Shown here: one piece after another, positions 1 to 11,664 of the stretch
Numbering within the stretch: the stretch's first letter is position 1
How the letters are laid out: the number at the start of each line of letters is the position of its first letter
Made by a program: the position numbers and the translations under genes
Assembly: GCA_964106915.2 (NCBI GenBank)
Contig: OZ066918.1
Length of the DNA stretch: 64,000 bases
Origin: Podarcis gaigeae
Lineage: Eukaryota
Reading direction: 5' to 3' (one strand)
Notes under the pieces: model-generated
Seen by the model: only the letters and a program-made list of their open reading frames with translations
Databases searched by the model: none
What the model was told of the DNA's origin: nothing

Positions 1-322
1 TCTTGTCTGGTCTGTTTCTCTTAAATAGATTGTATCCCTCCATTATTACATTCCAATCGTGGGACTTATCCCACCAGGTTTCAGTGATGCCTATTATGTC
101 ATATTTAGTTTGCTGTACCAAGAGCTGAAGCTCATCTTGTTTATTTCCCATGATTTGTGCATTAGTGTACAGACATTGAAGTCCATTAATCATTCCCCCG
201 TGCCTCTTATTTAAGGATTTTTTTCCTCCCACCACTAGGTCTGCGTGCTGTTTGCTCCACTTGGTCTATGACATTTGGATGATCATCTTCATCAATTGAT
301 AGACTCCTACCTTCAGGAGCAC
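1..322 (-). mobile_element. CR1 LINE, inverted 5' segment encoding the ORF2 apurinic endonuclease N-terminus (runs off the window edge)
   Basis: Reverse frame from 193 to 2 reads MINGLQCLYTNAQIMGNKQDELQLLVQQTKYDIIGITETWWDKSHDWNVIMEGYNLFKRNRPDK, with CR1 EN motifs (CLYTNA, GNKQ.EL, DIIGITETWW). No stops. Confidence 0.9.
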
Positions 323-1431
323 TGCCCTATGATATTCTTGTAAAGAAGCTGGTAAAATGTGGTCTTGACTATGCTACCACTCAGTGGATTTGTAACTGGC
401 TGACTGACCAAACCCAAAGGGTGCTCATCAATGGTTCCTCTTCATCCTGGAGAAGAGTGACTAGTGGGGTGCCACAGGGTTCTGTCTTGGGCCCGGTCTT
501 ATTCAACATCTTTATCAACGACTTGGATGATGGACTCAAGGGCATCCTGATCAAATTTGCAGATGACACCAAACTGGGAGGGGTGGCTAACACCCCAGAG
601 GACAGGATCACACTTCAAAACAACCTTGACAGATTAGAGAACTGGGCCAAAACAAACAAGATGAATTTTAACAGGGAGAAATGTAAAGTATTGCACTTGG
701 GCAAAAAAAATGAGAGGCACAAATACAAGATGGGTGACACCTGGCTTGAGAGCAGTACATGTGAAAAGGGTCTAGGAGTCTTGGTTGACCACAAACTTGA
801 CATGAGCCAACAGTGTGACACGGCAGCTAAAAAAGCCAATGCAATTCTGGGCTGCATCAATAGGAGTATAGCATCTAGATCAAGGGAAGTAATAGTGCCA
901 CTGTATTCTGCTCTGGTCAGACCTCACCTGGAGTACTGTGTCCAGTTCTGGGCACCACAGTTCAAGAAGGACACTGACAAACTGGAACGTGTCCAGAGAA
1001 GGGCAACCAAAATGGTCAAAGGCCTGGAAACGATGCCTTATGAGGAACGGCTAAGGGAGCTGGGCATGTTTAGCCTGGAGAAGAGGAGGTTAAGGGGTGA
1101 TATGATAGCCATGTTCAAATATATAAAAGGATGTCACATAGAGGAGGGAGAAAGGTTGTTTTCTGCTGCTCCAGAGAAGCGGACACAGAGCAATGGATCT
1201 AAACTATAAGAAAGAAGATTCCACCTAAACATTAGGAAGAACTTCCTGACAGTAAGAGCTGTTTGACAGTGGCATTTGCTGCCAAGGAGTGTGGTGGAGT
1301 CTCCTTCTTTGGAGGTCTTTAAGCAGAGGCTTGACAACCATATGTCAGGAGTGCTCTGATGGTGTTTCCTGCTTGGCAGGGGGTTGGACTCGATGGCCCT
1401 TGTGGTCTCTTCCAACTCTATGATTCTATGA
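323..1431 (+). mobile_element. CR1 LINE 3' segment (RT domain, ORF2 C-terminus, 3' UTR with (ATTCTATG)n-type tail)
   Basis: Frame 325..1359 reads PYDILVKKL...[11 protein letters not shown]...KFADDTKL. Premature stops at 1207 (TAA) and 1264 (TGA). Ends ...ccaactctatgattctatga. Confidence 0.96.
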
Positions 1432-1550
1432 AAAATTTCACCATACTCTCTCCACATACATGTCTTTAAAGCTAAATAAACCCAGTTCCTTTGGCCTTTC
1501 CTCGTGGGATTTGCCTTCTAGCCTATTTGCCATCTTTGTAGGTTGCCCAG
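1432..1550 (-). mobile_element. Older degraded CR1 fragment
   Basis: ctaaataaacccagttcc...ttcctcgtgggatttgccttctagcc...catcttt is the reverse of the CR1 'GLE..PYEERL.ELGLFSL' region. Confidence 0.55.
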
Positions 1551-1859
1551 AAATGTTTCCAATTTGTTCATCAGCTTTGCTACCTAGAAGATGTGGCAGC
1601 ATGCTTTCTTCCTCAGCATTACAGCTAATGCTGCTGACAATATTACATTATTTTGCTGCAACTTTCTATTTTTATGTATTTAACAAAATTTATATACTGC
1701 TTGATTGTTGTTGTTGTGTTTTTTTTATAAAAAAAAAACCTCTTAGCAGTTTAGAAAAACAGAAAATATAGCATTATATATATTATCAATAAAAACAATT
1801 TACTCCAGGTATTTAATAATATTTTAAAAATGATTTAAATCAACAGTAGCTAAAATGAA

Positions 1860-2450
1860 ATCAAGCATGTATAACTTTAGACCCGCCTAAACAAAAATGT
1901 TTAAAACAAAAGCAGAAAATAGTACAGCAAAGATGTCTGCCTGGTGTTAATAGACAGGGAATTCCAAACTGTATGGTGACTTGTGTGGAATGAGTCTTAT
2001 GTGGCATCTGCAATAGTGCTAGTTCTGCAGATCAAACTGGTCCAAAGGGCATATATGGGGTAAGGCAGACCCTTAAGTAAACTGGTCCCAAGCTGCTAAT
2101 GGTTTTATATATTAACAATATACTAATGATATACTACTAATGGTAACACCTTGAACTTGGACCAATAGCAAATGGGCAACCTGTGCAGATATCTGAGCAG
2201 AGGTGTTATATAGTAACAGGTATCACTCCTCTCAGCAACTATGCTGCAGCATTCTGCACTAACTGTAGCTTCTGTAGAAAGGGAAGCCCCACAAAGAGTG
2301 CATTGCAGTAATCCAATATTGAAGCCATCAATGGCTGAACTAATGTGATCAAGCTCTGCTGGTCCAGAAATGATTGTAGCTGTGTCACCAGTCACAGCTG
2401 GTAAAAAGTGCTTCTAGCCACTGAGGTTACCTGGGGCTCCAGTGACAGGG
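1860..2450 (-). mobile_element. L2-type LINE 3' fragment, degraded
   Basis: Reverse frames give LDYCNAL, QNAAA and YITPLLRYLHRLPICYWSKFKVL, typical of the L2 ORF2 C-terminus. Confidence 0.75.
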
Positions 2451-3227
2451 ATATGATATTTGCACACTTGAGTCTTCTTTGTTTGCATTTTACTTGGTCA
2501 GTTTTCACCATGTTGCTGTGTGCTAAGCTCTGAGGTTTATTAAGATTGTTTCTGGGGTGTTTGCCAGTTGTCCCAGTTTTGTATCAAAGGCTGGTGCAGA
2601 AGCGTTGGCCAATCTGTGCAATGTCCTCTTTCTCTTACAAGTCATGGTTGCTCAAGGCTTCTTCCTCTTTAGATGGAATAAAAGTCTATATAGCAACTGT
2701 TAATAAGGAAAGGTTTGGGTGTTTGAAAGGAACAGCCAATGAAAACTTCTGCCAATGCCTTAAGAATTTGGCAGGAAAGTGGTGAAATAGTACTGGAACA
2801 TAGGGAAGGGAAGTGACAAAGGAGATCTTATAGGAGGGTCAACAATGAGGCATGGACACTTTGCTTTGATTGTCCTGACAATTTTACCAACTTGAGTCTA
2901 AAACATCATGGAATACTCCAGGGACCTTCAAATGGTCTGCCCAGCACCCTGGCACTCTGGACAGCTAGAAATCAAGGACACATACTGTCAGTTTAGCTAG
3001 TATACTGCTTCATATGACACAAAGAGCTGCAACTTTGCCTTCCATGGATGTATGCCCGGGGTAAGCATGGATTTTTCTATTACTGCACCATCATGAGCAA
3101 AGAAGCCACCTCTGAAGAGCTTTTCATTGCTATGCAGTGATTAAAACTGAGAGATGGGTTTGATGTCTCTGGTATGAGGAAGATTTCATAGGTCCCTGCA
3201 TTGTTGGCCATGAATCAAATCACTCAC

Positions 3228-3399
3228 CCATCCAAAAGGGCCACAACGTTCTTCCTAGGCCTCCCAATGTTGGGCCCATACAGGCTGGCTCTGGAATAGG
3301 TGCGGATCAGCTGCAACAGGCTCTTCAGCTGCATGTAGTCTTTGCCCAACTGAGTACCATTTACTGCTCGCCCTGTCAGGGTGCGGTAGTTATTTGGTT
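3228..3399 (-). CDS. HPSE2: Heparanase-2 coding exon (exon 5), 172 nt, phase 1-2
   Basis: (E)PNNYRTLTGRAVNGTQLGKDYMQLKSLLQLIRTYSRASLYGPNIGRPRKNVVALLDG, within ORF 3224..3529. Acceptor tttgcttccag|, donor |gtgagt. In frame with exon 4 (G|AA=Glu). Confidence 0.97.
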
Positions 3400-3412
3400 C
3401 TGGAAGCAAACA

Positions 3413-3487
3413 GAAACAAGCATTCACCAACTCTGACCCGACTGATCTGAAACAAGCATTCACCAACTCTGACCCGACTGATCTGAA
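3413..3487. repeat. Perfect 36-bp tandem duplication
   Basis: gaaacaagcattcaccaactctgacccgactgatct x2 (3413-3448, 3449-3484), followed by gaa microhomology. Confidence 0.97.
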
Positions 3488-3994
3488 GATGGTGCCCCGT
3501 AAAAGCCATGAGTGAGAAGGTGGAGTCACGGCCCCTTACCAGGAAAGAGGGAGGGGAGGTTGGCACTGTGTGGGTACATTGGCAGAGAAAACCCAGTGAT
3601 CTCACTGATGCACCTACATGGTGTTGACCTCCCTGCCGCCTCTCCCCTCTCCCTGCATGGAGACCCTATGAGTAAAGGACTAGTGAAGATGACTCTATAT
3701 AGCTCATTACAGTGCAAACATATGCACACTTACCTCAGAATAAATGATATTCAACATAGTTGGACTCCTGGAGAGACATTTTAGGATTGCACTATTTGCC
3801 CCCTGTTTTTACTGAAAACTTTCAAATCTTCTTTCTCACACAAGCTCCTTCCTTCCCTGTACCATCAAGATATCAATCTCTTTTTTGCCTGCAGATTCCT
3901 ATGAGCACCCCCAGTAGCAGTGTTCCACTTCTGCCATTCAACAACTACTAGCTATGATGGCTATGTTCTATCTCCACTGTTGGAGACATTACGG

Positions 3995-4150
3995 TGCTGA
4001 ATACCTGTTGCTGGGAATAGCAAGTGGGCACGCTGCTGTTGCCTTTGTTTCCAGCTTGCAGGCCTCCCACAGGCATCTGGTTGGCCACTGTGAGAGCAGG
4101 ATGCTAGACTAGATGGGCCACTGGGCTGATCCATTGGGCTGTTCTTAAGA
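3995..4150 (+). mobile_element. 3' end of a CR1-group LINE or partner SINE
   Basis: ...ggcatctggttggccactgtgagagcaggatgctagactagatgggcc...gttcttaag. Related copies at ~17645-17780 (+) and ~26060-26165 (-). Confidence 0.6.
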
Positions 4151-4248
4151 ATTCCTCCTAACCTAGAAGGTGACCCCAGTGCTTATTTTCTCTCCAATCC
4201 TCCCCGTCCACCCCCTTCTCCAAATCTCCATCTCCAAACCTCACTCAC

Positions 4249-4422
4249 CATTGCCCAACTCCCAGGAGATGTTGTACTTCTTGCTGGCACTGTACTTGAG
4301 CAAGCTGAGGGCATTGGAGCTGTTCCAGGAATTGTTGGGGTTCCGGCGCAGTGCATTCAATGCAAAGATGAGGTGGAGGCCAGAACAGTCAGCAAAATTA
4401 TAGAGTTTGTCTAGAGACCTGG
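4249..4422 (-). CDS. HPSE2: Heparanase-2 coding exon (exon 4), 174 nt, phase 1-1
   Basis: Hand translation (not in ORF track): (A)[57 protein letters not shown](E), the GH79 WELGNE motif. Acceptor ttgtttcttcccag|, donor |gtgagt. Confidence 0.97.
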
Positions 4423-4568
4423 CTGGGAAGAAACAAAACCAGCCTGAAACTCAAGTGCAAAGAACTCCAAGGTCCAGAGAGTAACCCCCATAGTTGCTGA
4501 AGTTCTTTGTCCTAGGGAACTCAGAAAAGGGTGGTAACAACATGGTCCAGATGATGGGTTCATTATGC

Positions 4569-4705
4569 CAGTCTTCCCCAACCTGATTCCCTCCAGATGT
4601 TTTGGACATCCAATTCCCTTCAGTCCCAGCCTATCTGGCCAATGGTCAGGGATGATGAGACCTCTCATCTAAAACATCTGGAAGACCCCAGGTTGGGGAA
4701 GGCTA
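4569..4705. mobile_element. hAT (Charlie-like) palindromic MITE
   Basis: TIRs cagtcttccccaacctg / caggttggggaaggcta, internal ccagatgtttt..aaaacatctgg palindrome, degenerate 8-bp TSD cattatgc/cagtgtgc. Confidence 0.75.
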
Positions 4706-6586
4706 CAGTGTGCTATAAATGGCCAGCTGCTGCTATTTATTTATATTTATTTTAAAATTTTATTTTATTACCCAGTAGCAAAAGAGGATCCACTCCATCC
4801 TTTCCCAGGTTAGTTCTCCTATTGTGAGGATATCACTCCCCTCCCCAGCATTCAGATTACCCCCATCTCATTAACATGCCCAAACCTGTCTAGTTACAAG
4901 GAGTATCATACTAGATATTAGACGTGTGTGGGGATTTGACTATGTGAAAAAGCCCTTTATCGCTTTCTGTGGTTTCCTGGAGGCTGTCTCCAAGGTGGCT
5001 TGTGGTTTACAGAATGACACCAGACATCTCCAAGTGGCTCCTTTCTGTGCAGTCTGCTTTCCTTGGAAGCTCTGACCCAGTTTAATGAGGTTATACATCT
5101 GCAGCCGCTTCTGAGAATCGTTTTTTTACAGGCAGGTCTCCAAAGAGCAGTTATACCTTATTATTCATTTTTACAGCCTGAACTATCTTCTTGAAGAAGG
5201 AGAACAGTTAAAAAGGAATAGTTTTGTATTAAACTAAAAAGCAATTGGGGGAAAGAAATAGCTTTCAGGCTTGGAATTGGATGGCTTTTACTATCAGGAA
5301 TGGGCTCCAAGCTGCAGGCAGGCCTACAGGAAGCAAGGCACTGTTGCGACCTCTTGGGAGCTTTGCTCTATGGTTCAACTTCCAAAGCATGTTAACAATC
5401 ATTTACTTGTTTCTTCTCATAACAATTCTAGGGGATAAGTCACTATTATTCCCATGTTACTGGTGAAGAGCTCAGGCTAAAAGACGGTGACTCGCCTATG
5501 GCCTCATGATGGCAGACAAGGGCCTACTAGACGTAAATTCAGTGCTAGAGCCCCTGGAACATATATGAATATGGAAGAGACCTTCATTCAGCCAATCTAC
5601 ACCAGTACTTCTCCTTCCCCCTTCAAACTATTTATTTGAGCAAGGAAATAGATGTGCATATAAACCATTCTTGGGTGACATTTGCAGATAGCTGATGAAC
5701 AGAACTTAAATGTGCACCTCTGGAGGGAGGGGAGGAGGGAATTAGCATTAGAAACAGCTCCAAGATGTCCTTGCATGCTGTAAATGAGGCCTGCGCACAG
5801 CAGGCAAGGAGGTGGGAATCTCTGAGGTGAAAGGTTGGGGATGCTAAATAGGCCCATACGGCTGGCGGTTTGTTCTTTATGGGGCCAAAGGCTGGGTCAC
5901 CCCCCTGGGGGAATCTGCTGTCTCTCAGGTCTCAGTCACTCCTTGTTACATTGGGCTCCATTCTGTCCGGGTCACGCATTTTCTAGGGGAACCCGTGCTT
6001 TCACGAGTATCTTGGGGCCTGCAGCGTGCATGTGTTTGTGTGTTAGCGCTGTCTGAGCCAGCTCCAGGTTTTGATGGAAAATCCTGAGGAGATTTTTCCC
6101 AGCCAATTACATTATTGTTCTCGGAGAGCTCCATGTTTTCTGTGGTGAGGTGTGGGAGTAGGGAGGAGAGATGCTGCAAGCTTTAAGTGGAATCAGGTGT
6201 TGTTTCCCTGCAGGGAAGTCTGGTAAATGTCAGAGTCCTTGGAGTAACAGGTACTGGCAGATGAGCCCAGCACTTCCCACACAGAACAGCCTCCTTCCTC
6301 TCGGAATCCTGCATCCTGCCCTTTGTCCTTGGAACGGAGGTCCATGGCTACGTCAGATAGACCAGCCGCATTCTGGGAAGCTGGCACCCACTGGCAGCAG
6401 CAGGCGTAAGGATGAGGCAATGTTTTTGAGACAAAAAAGGTGGGACCCAGATGTCACCCAGAGTGCTTAACATCCTAGCAGCAACTTCATCTCTGATGGG
6501 CCAAGCCCCACCTGCTTGGGGCCGGGAACCACGTTCAGGGCTCAGAGGATCCCACCTGTGAGTGCGCAGGTGCCAGGGGAGCATGT

Positions 6587-6600
6587 GTTGCCATGGCGAT
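6587..6600. promoter_or_regulatory. Candidate RFX X-box
   Basis: GTTGCCATGGCGAT, 12/14 match to the palindromic GTTGCCATGGCAAC. Confidence 0.4.
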
Positions 6601-9484
6601 CACTATTGTGTTTCTTAAGTAAGAAGTAGTGAAGGAAAGCAGGAGGGAGATGCAGAGAGAAGCCGTGAGTTTCCAGCACAGAGAGCTGCTCGCCTCCTCC
6701 CACTCCTCCTTTCCTGTGCTGCTGCTGATGTAATACAACAAATTTATCTGGCTCAGTGCAAGCTGCAGGGCCATTCTTTGCCCTTGAATGTAATGAATTT
6801 CTTTACTGAAGGCAGGGACCAGCGCTTGCTAGAAAACAGTTGCTCGCTAGAGGGTTTGACAGAACTGCCCCTCTTTTTTCTTCTGTCTCTGGGGTTTGGG
6901 CCTGGATGTTTGCCAGGTCTTCAGTAGCTGCACCTTGTCTTAGGGCTTCAAAACATTTAGAAGGTACAGCTACGGTCTTCAGGGAATACTCAGCAACTTT
7001 ATACCTTGAGCTGTCAACTGATCAAAAGAAAACATTATTGCTTGTTTGGGCACTCTTTATACCAACTTGACCTGCAGAAATGAGCAACTGATAATGTTTA
7101 TCTCCTGCCAACTCCTGCATAGCAAGCTGCTCTTAAAAGCTGGTTCAACAGTTGGCAACCCTGTTAATATCAAACCCCGGTTTCTGTTTGGCTAGGTTTC
7201 AGGCACAGCTTGCAGCCCAGTAGTATTAAAAACAGCACCGCATAAAAGAGAAAAAATATTACACCTGCCAGAGGGCTTCTCCTGTCCATGCCACACAGGA
7301 AACAGGATGCCAGGACCTGGGCCCAGCAACCCTAATGGCCGTTGTTGGTTGCTTAGAGCTTGCATCTTGCTCCAGGATATGGATTTTACTCATGACTACT
7401 ATTTTTGATATACCATAATGAATGCAGAAAAGCGGGCAAAGTACCAGCAGAAATAGAGGAAACACTATGTTCTCAATTACCAGGGCTTAAATTAAACTGC
7501 TAAATTGTTTTTTTCCATCTCGCTCAGGATGGGGCTATTTTGCAAAAGTTCAAGACACTGTTTTTTCCAGTCTTTCAACTGAAGAAACATGTTGTCCATG
7601 GAAATTTAAGAGAGAAGCCACTTGTTGCCACTTGTTAAAGACATGAGTGATGTGTCATGAGATTTCACACACTTATAGAATGGGAAGACCTGGATGAAGA
7701 TACTGGCCCATTTCTAGGGTTTCCCACCCATCCTCATAAAGCCACCGACCTTTTTACAGCGCATGCATAGAGCAGCCTGATTCAAAACTGCTCAGGGCTC
7801 CTGTACCTTTAAGAGTTGTGGAGAAGATGGAATTCCAGAGGAAATTTTCAAATGCTAGGTGCATCTGCTCAAATTCCCCTTTCTACACAACTATTAAATG
7901 TGCAAAAGCCCTTTTCCCTTTTGTATCTGGTCCTACTCCAGCATGTTGTTAAGAGCAGTCTGCCATGCAAAATGAAGCATTTGTGGAATGAAAATATAGT
8001 GATAATTCCTGCTTGTCAGGTTGTTTTTAAGTGCACAGGGAAAGGGACAGTTAAGAAGAAGATTGCCAACCCTAAAACAATACTATTTATTCTTCCAAGC
8101 CAGAATCAATTCATTTGGTTTGAGTGCAGGAGATAATTCACATTGTAAAAGAACAACAAGACTTAATACACTGTAATTTAATTTATGTAGCCAGCCAGCC
8201 AGCTGCCCACACATTGCGTTCACATGCCAGTATGCCATCAGATCTCTAAAAGTGAATGCAAACAAAAATAAAACCCAAGAACAATCTAATGAAAGCCATA
8301 ACAGAAATGCCAGGCGCTGAAAACAGGGACAAAAAACATATTTCTCTCCAGTGCAAAGAGATAATGGTGTTCACTTAAGAGATTTTTCCTGAAAGCCTCT
8401 TGTACCTTTAATGTTTAATAACAGCTAAAGCTTTAGCATGCTGGGGAAAACTGCCCCTCCTGTATTTCTGCCTGTCATGCAGCTATTGAAGTCACTGGAA
8501 CTGTACAGTCACCTGCTCCTGGTAAGAAAACAGCTCCAGAAGAGCTTTGCTTGTCAAGCCATGAGGGGCTTGGAAACCTCAAGTGCAAATCCAGAAGAGC
8601 TAGACATAATGAGCAGTATTCAACAAAATAATTGTACTTGCATAAAGATTAGTGCTAGCACAATGGGACTCCCCACACCCTTTCCTCCCCTCACACATAC
8701 CAGAGGGTTGTGGGGAAACCCAGAATAGATTTGGGGGAGGCATGCAGGAGAGATGGGAGGAACGTTCTGCTGTTTAAGTAGAAATCCTTGCACTTATGGA
8801 ACAATTTGCTTAGCACTATGTTGAATACAACCCAATGTTACCGAACCAACCAGCAACCTGATGCTAGACAGAGGTCTAAGAAACCTGTCATTCACCTGTG
8901 GATCACTCAAGCCACAGGCCTCCATCCCCTCCTATGTTGTGACTTAGAGACTTACCTTGAATTGTATGCCCACTTGGGGTTGTTGTGTTTGCTCACCCAA
9001 CCCTCTTTTCTCCTCCCTGTTACATGCATATTTGTTATGTTTTTTAAAGCAGCCCAATGGTTTTCTCAACACCTTCTGTTAGCAAATGTGGTGGGCTGGT
9101 GGGATGGAGGCAATGTGCATTATGTTGGGGAACAGGCATTTTGTTTCCTCCTCAACCGTCCCACTACTATTTGAAGGGGTTCCTGCTAGGAAACATGGTG
9201 TTACACTATAAATGGACTGCAAAATAAATAAATATGTAGCTTTTCTCAATAGAGAACACAAACAGAATCTGTGTCATTCTTAGACATTTTCTTCAAAATG
9301 TGCATCACCTCCAGTAGTAGCCACCTGCTACTCAAGATGTTGCATCTCTTCATTCATTCTTGACCCTTGGCGAATGTTGCTTAGAGTACATGATGTGATC
9401 ATGTTTTTCTCTGAAACCGCAAGGGCTAGAAACATTGCTTTAAATCAGGGTTGCAACAAGTATCTTGGTTGAAAGGCCAAAGAT

Positions 9485-9590
9485 CTGTGACTGTGCATGC
9501 AGAAGGTCCATGTTCAGCTCTGGTATTTCCTACAGCAAAGCTGGAAAAAGTCCTCTGTCTGAGACCCTGGAGAACTGCTGCCAAGTGGAA
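9485..9590 (+). mobile_element. Old Squam3-like tRNA-derived SINE
   Basis: gcatgcagaaggtccatgttc...ctgtctgagaccctggagaactgctgcca, similar to the copy at 39483. Confidence 0.55.
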
Positions 9591-11604
9591 GCATGGGGTT
9601 GTGACATAGTCCTAGCTGCCTGTCTGTGTGCATGAGACTAGAACCTCTTGATGCATTTTCTTCAAAGATGGGCAATAATCTATTGCCATAATTTTAACAC
9701 TCTCTGACTCTTAGTGTGGTGAGCTTATAATAAGAGTATAATAGGAAAGGCCTACTGAAAAAAATGGACTATCTGCCATAACACCATGGTACTTACTTTG
9801 TGCCAGCACCCCAATGCTGATCTTGCCATGAACCAGAACTCTATATGAACTTTGACAACTGATTTCTGATTCTGCTTTGGGCATCCAATATCTTAACTGA
9901 ATGCTAGCCATGACAGGCCATGAGACAACTGACAGAGGGGTGCAGTCCGTAGCTCTTGTAATTACCCCATTCTTTCCCTCCTGCTATTGAGGCCAGTTCA
10001 GGAAATAATGCATTGCAAAGCTTGCCTCCCTCTGGCTCCGCACTTGTAACTGCCCCAGGAATGCAGTTGCAGAGAGAACACTTCTCTGCTGCCAGGGCTT
10101 TTGATGACAGAATGACTGGTTTATGTGGCTGTAAGATCTGCTGTCTGAAAAGCAGCAGAATCTATTATGTGTTTCTAAGCAGTGACAGCTGGTACTGCTG
10201 TGCTGGAGTTTATGCCGGCTCTCATACAGCTTAGATCAGCCGCTCTTCTCTGAGCACCCTGATCTATCAACAAACATGGTTTCTGGAATGGTTTAAAAGC
10301 ATTCCCAAGTAGGCAAGAAGTGGCTGCTTTCTGAAAAGGCTCCAGATTTATAATCAGTGGAGGCATGCAGATATAGAGAAGCAGAGGAGACACCTGAAAG
10401 GAGAAGTCCTCATAGACAAAAGCGAACCCCCAAGGTACACTGGAACACTGACACCAGTGAGACTGATAGTCAGAATAGAGTTTGCAAATAGTGAGAGATC
10501 AGGGTCTATGCAGCCTTCTTCCCATCCTGTGCACCATTCATCCATAGTGGTTAATTATACCACAGAGAAAGCAGGACTCTGCTCTGGACAATTTTAGTGA
10601 TGTACACAGCCAAATTGGTATGAGGTACTCAACAAGCATGATGTTTGCTGGATTCCTGTGGTCATGAGAAGTTCTGGGTGGGAAAAGCATACCTGCTTCC
10701 AGGCAGGCATTATGTGAATTATTTTGACAAGGAACTGTAGGCTTCATTGATATTAGTTCATCAATGGGAGAAGTGGATAAGTTCCTGTGGATACATAGGA
10801 TAGCAATTTTTATCAAAATGATTCACTCTTGCAATTTTCTTGCCTATGACCCCCCATTGCCCACATCTATTCAGGGTCTGTCGTCAAACTGTTAGTTTCA
10901 TGCTCATCAGAAGACTATTGCTACAGTAAATATGATCAGGGGCAGAGAAGCAAAATGCAGTGCTGAGAACACAAATGAATAGCTGTGCTTTGCCACACTT
11001 CAACCATTCAGCCTAAATCCCTGTGCCAAACTAAAAGGCTAAAGCTAGATCACTCCACTCCAAGCCTCCAAGAAAAGCTATTAGATATTCCAGGAACAAA
11101 AATGGGGACTTATCTCTGAACAGTTATTGAGTTGTTGGATGGTAACTAGCATCACAAAGGAAGTCACTGAGACACAATACGAAGAATTCTGCTTGGCTGT
11201 AGCAAGAATATTAATAAATCCTGACAAGGTTCCCAATATTGCATGTGTCATGTGAGCAGTGCTCTGCCAAATAAAGGCAAGAAAGGGCAAGCGGAGAAGC
11301 AGAATGCATGTCACTAATGTAAGTAGTCTGCTATATTTAGCTTACATGTATTTTGGCATTCCTAGAGGCACTCAATATTATGGTCCTGCTGTGCTGGGCT
11401 CCAGAATATAAGGAAGACTCCTCACACATAGCATTCCCAAATCAGATCTGGCAGGTAGCTGCAGCTCACTTGTGGAGAAAAGGAAACAGCATGGCAGCAC
11501 TGTCAAGTATGCTAGGTCCTGAGCAGCTTACAAAATGTGACTATTTTGTGGGTATGATTCAATCACATAATGACAAATCTAGGTTGTGTGATGAAAATGG
11601 ATTT

Positions 11605-11664
11605 GGTGCTCTTGGTCTTTTGTGGTAATGAAGGTGCTCTTGGTCTTTTGTGGTAATGAAGGTG
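11605..11664. repeat. Perfect 28-bp tandem duplication
   Basis: ggtgctcttggtcttttgtggtaatgaa x2, followed by ggtg. Confidence 0.95.

Larger units (their letters stand above)
3400..4248 (-). other. HPSE2: HPSE2 intron 4 (849 bp)
   Basis: GT..AG bounded, with an in-frame exon junction. Confidence 0.93.

Noticed and set aside
421-1209. 262-aa ORF as a host gene or active reverse transcriptase
   Set aside because: It is a truncated CR1 ORF2 fragment with a GTG pseudo-start and premature stops at 1207 and 1264.
381-1457. Antisense ORFs 381..611, 615..860 and 1134..1457
   Set aside because: These are shadow frames of the CR1 element.
1-3227. HPSE2 exon 6 (FMKVAGSTVDAVTWQH-like) and, at the other end, exon 2 in 62079-64000
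   Set aside because: No matching sequence was found by eye. Both presumably lie outside the window.
3413-3487. 36-bp direct repeats as CRISPR-like
   Set aside because: There are only two adjacent copies with no spacer, in a eukaryotic intron.
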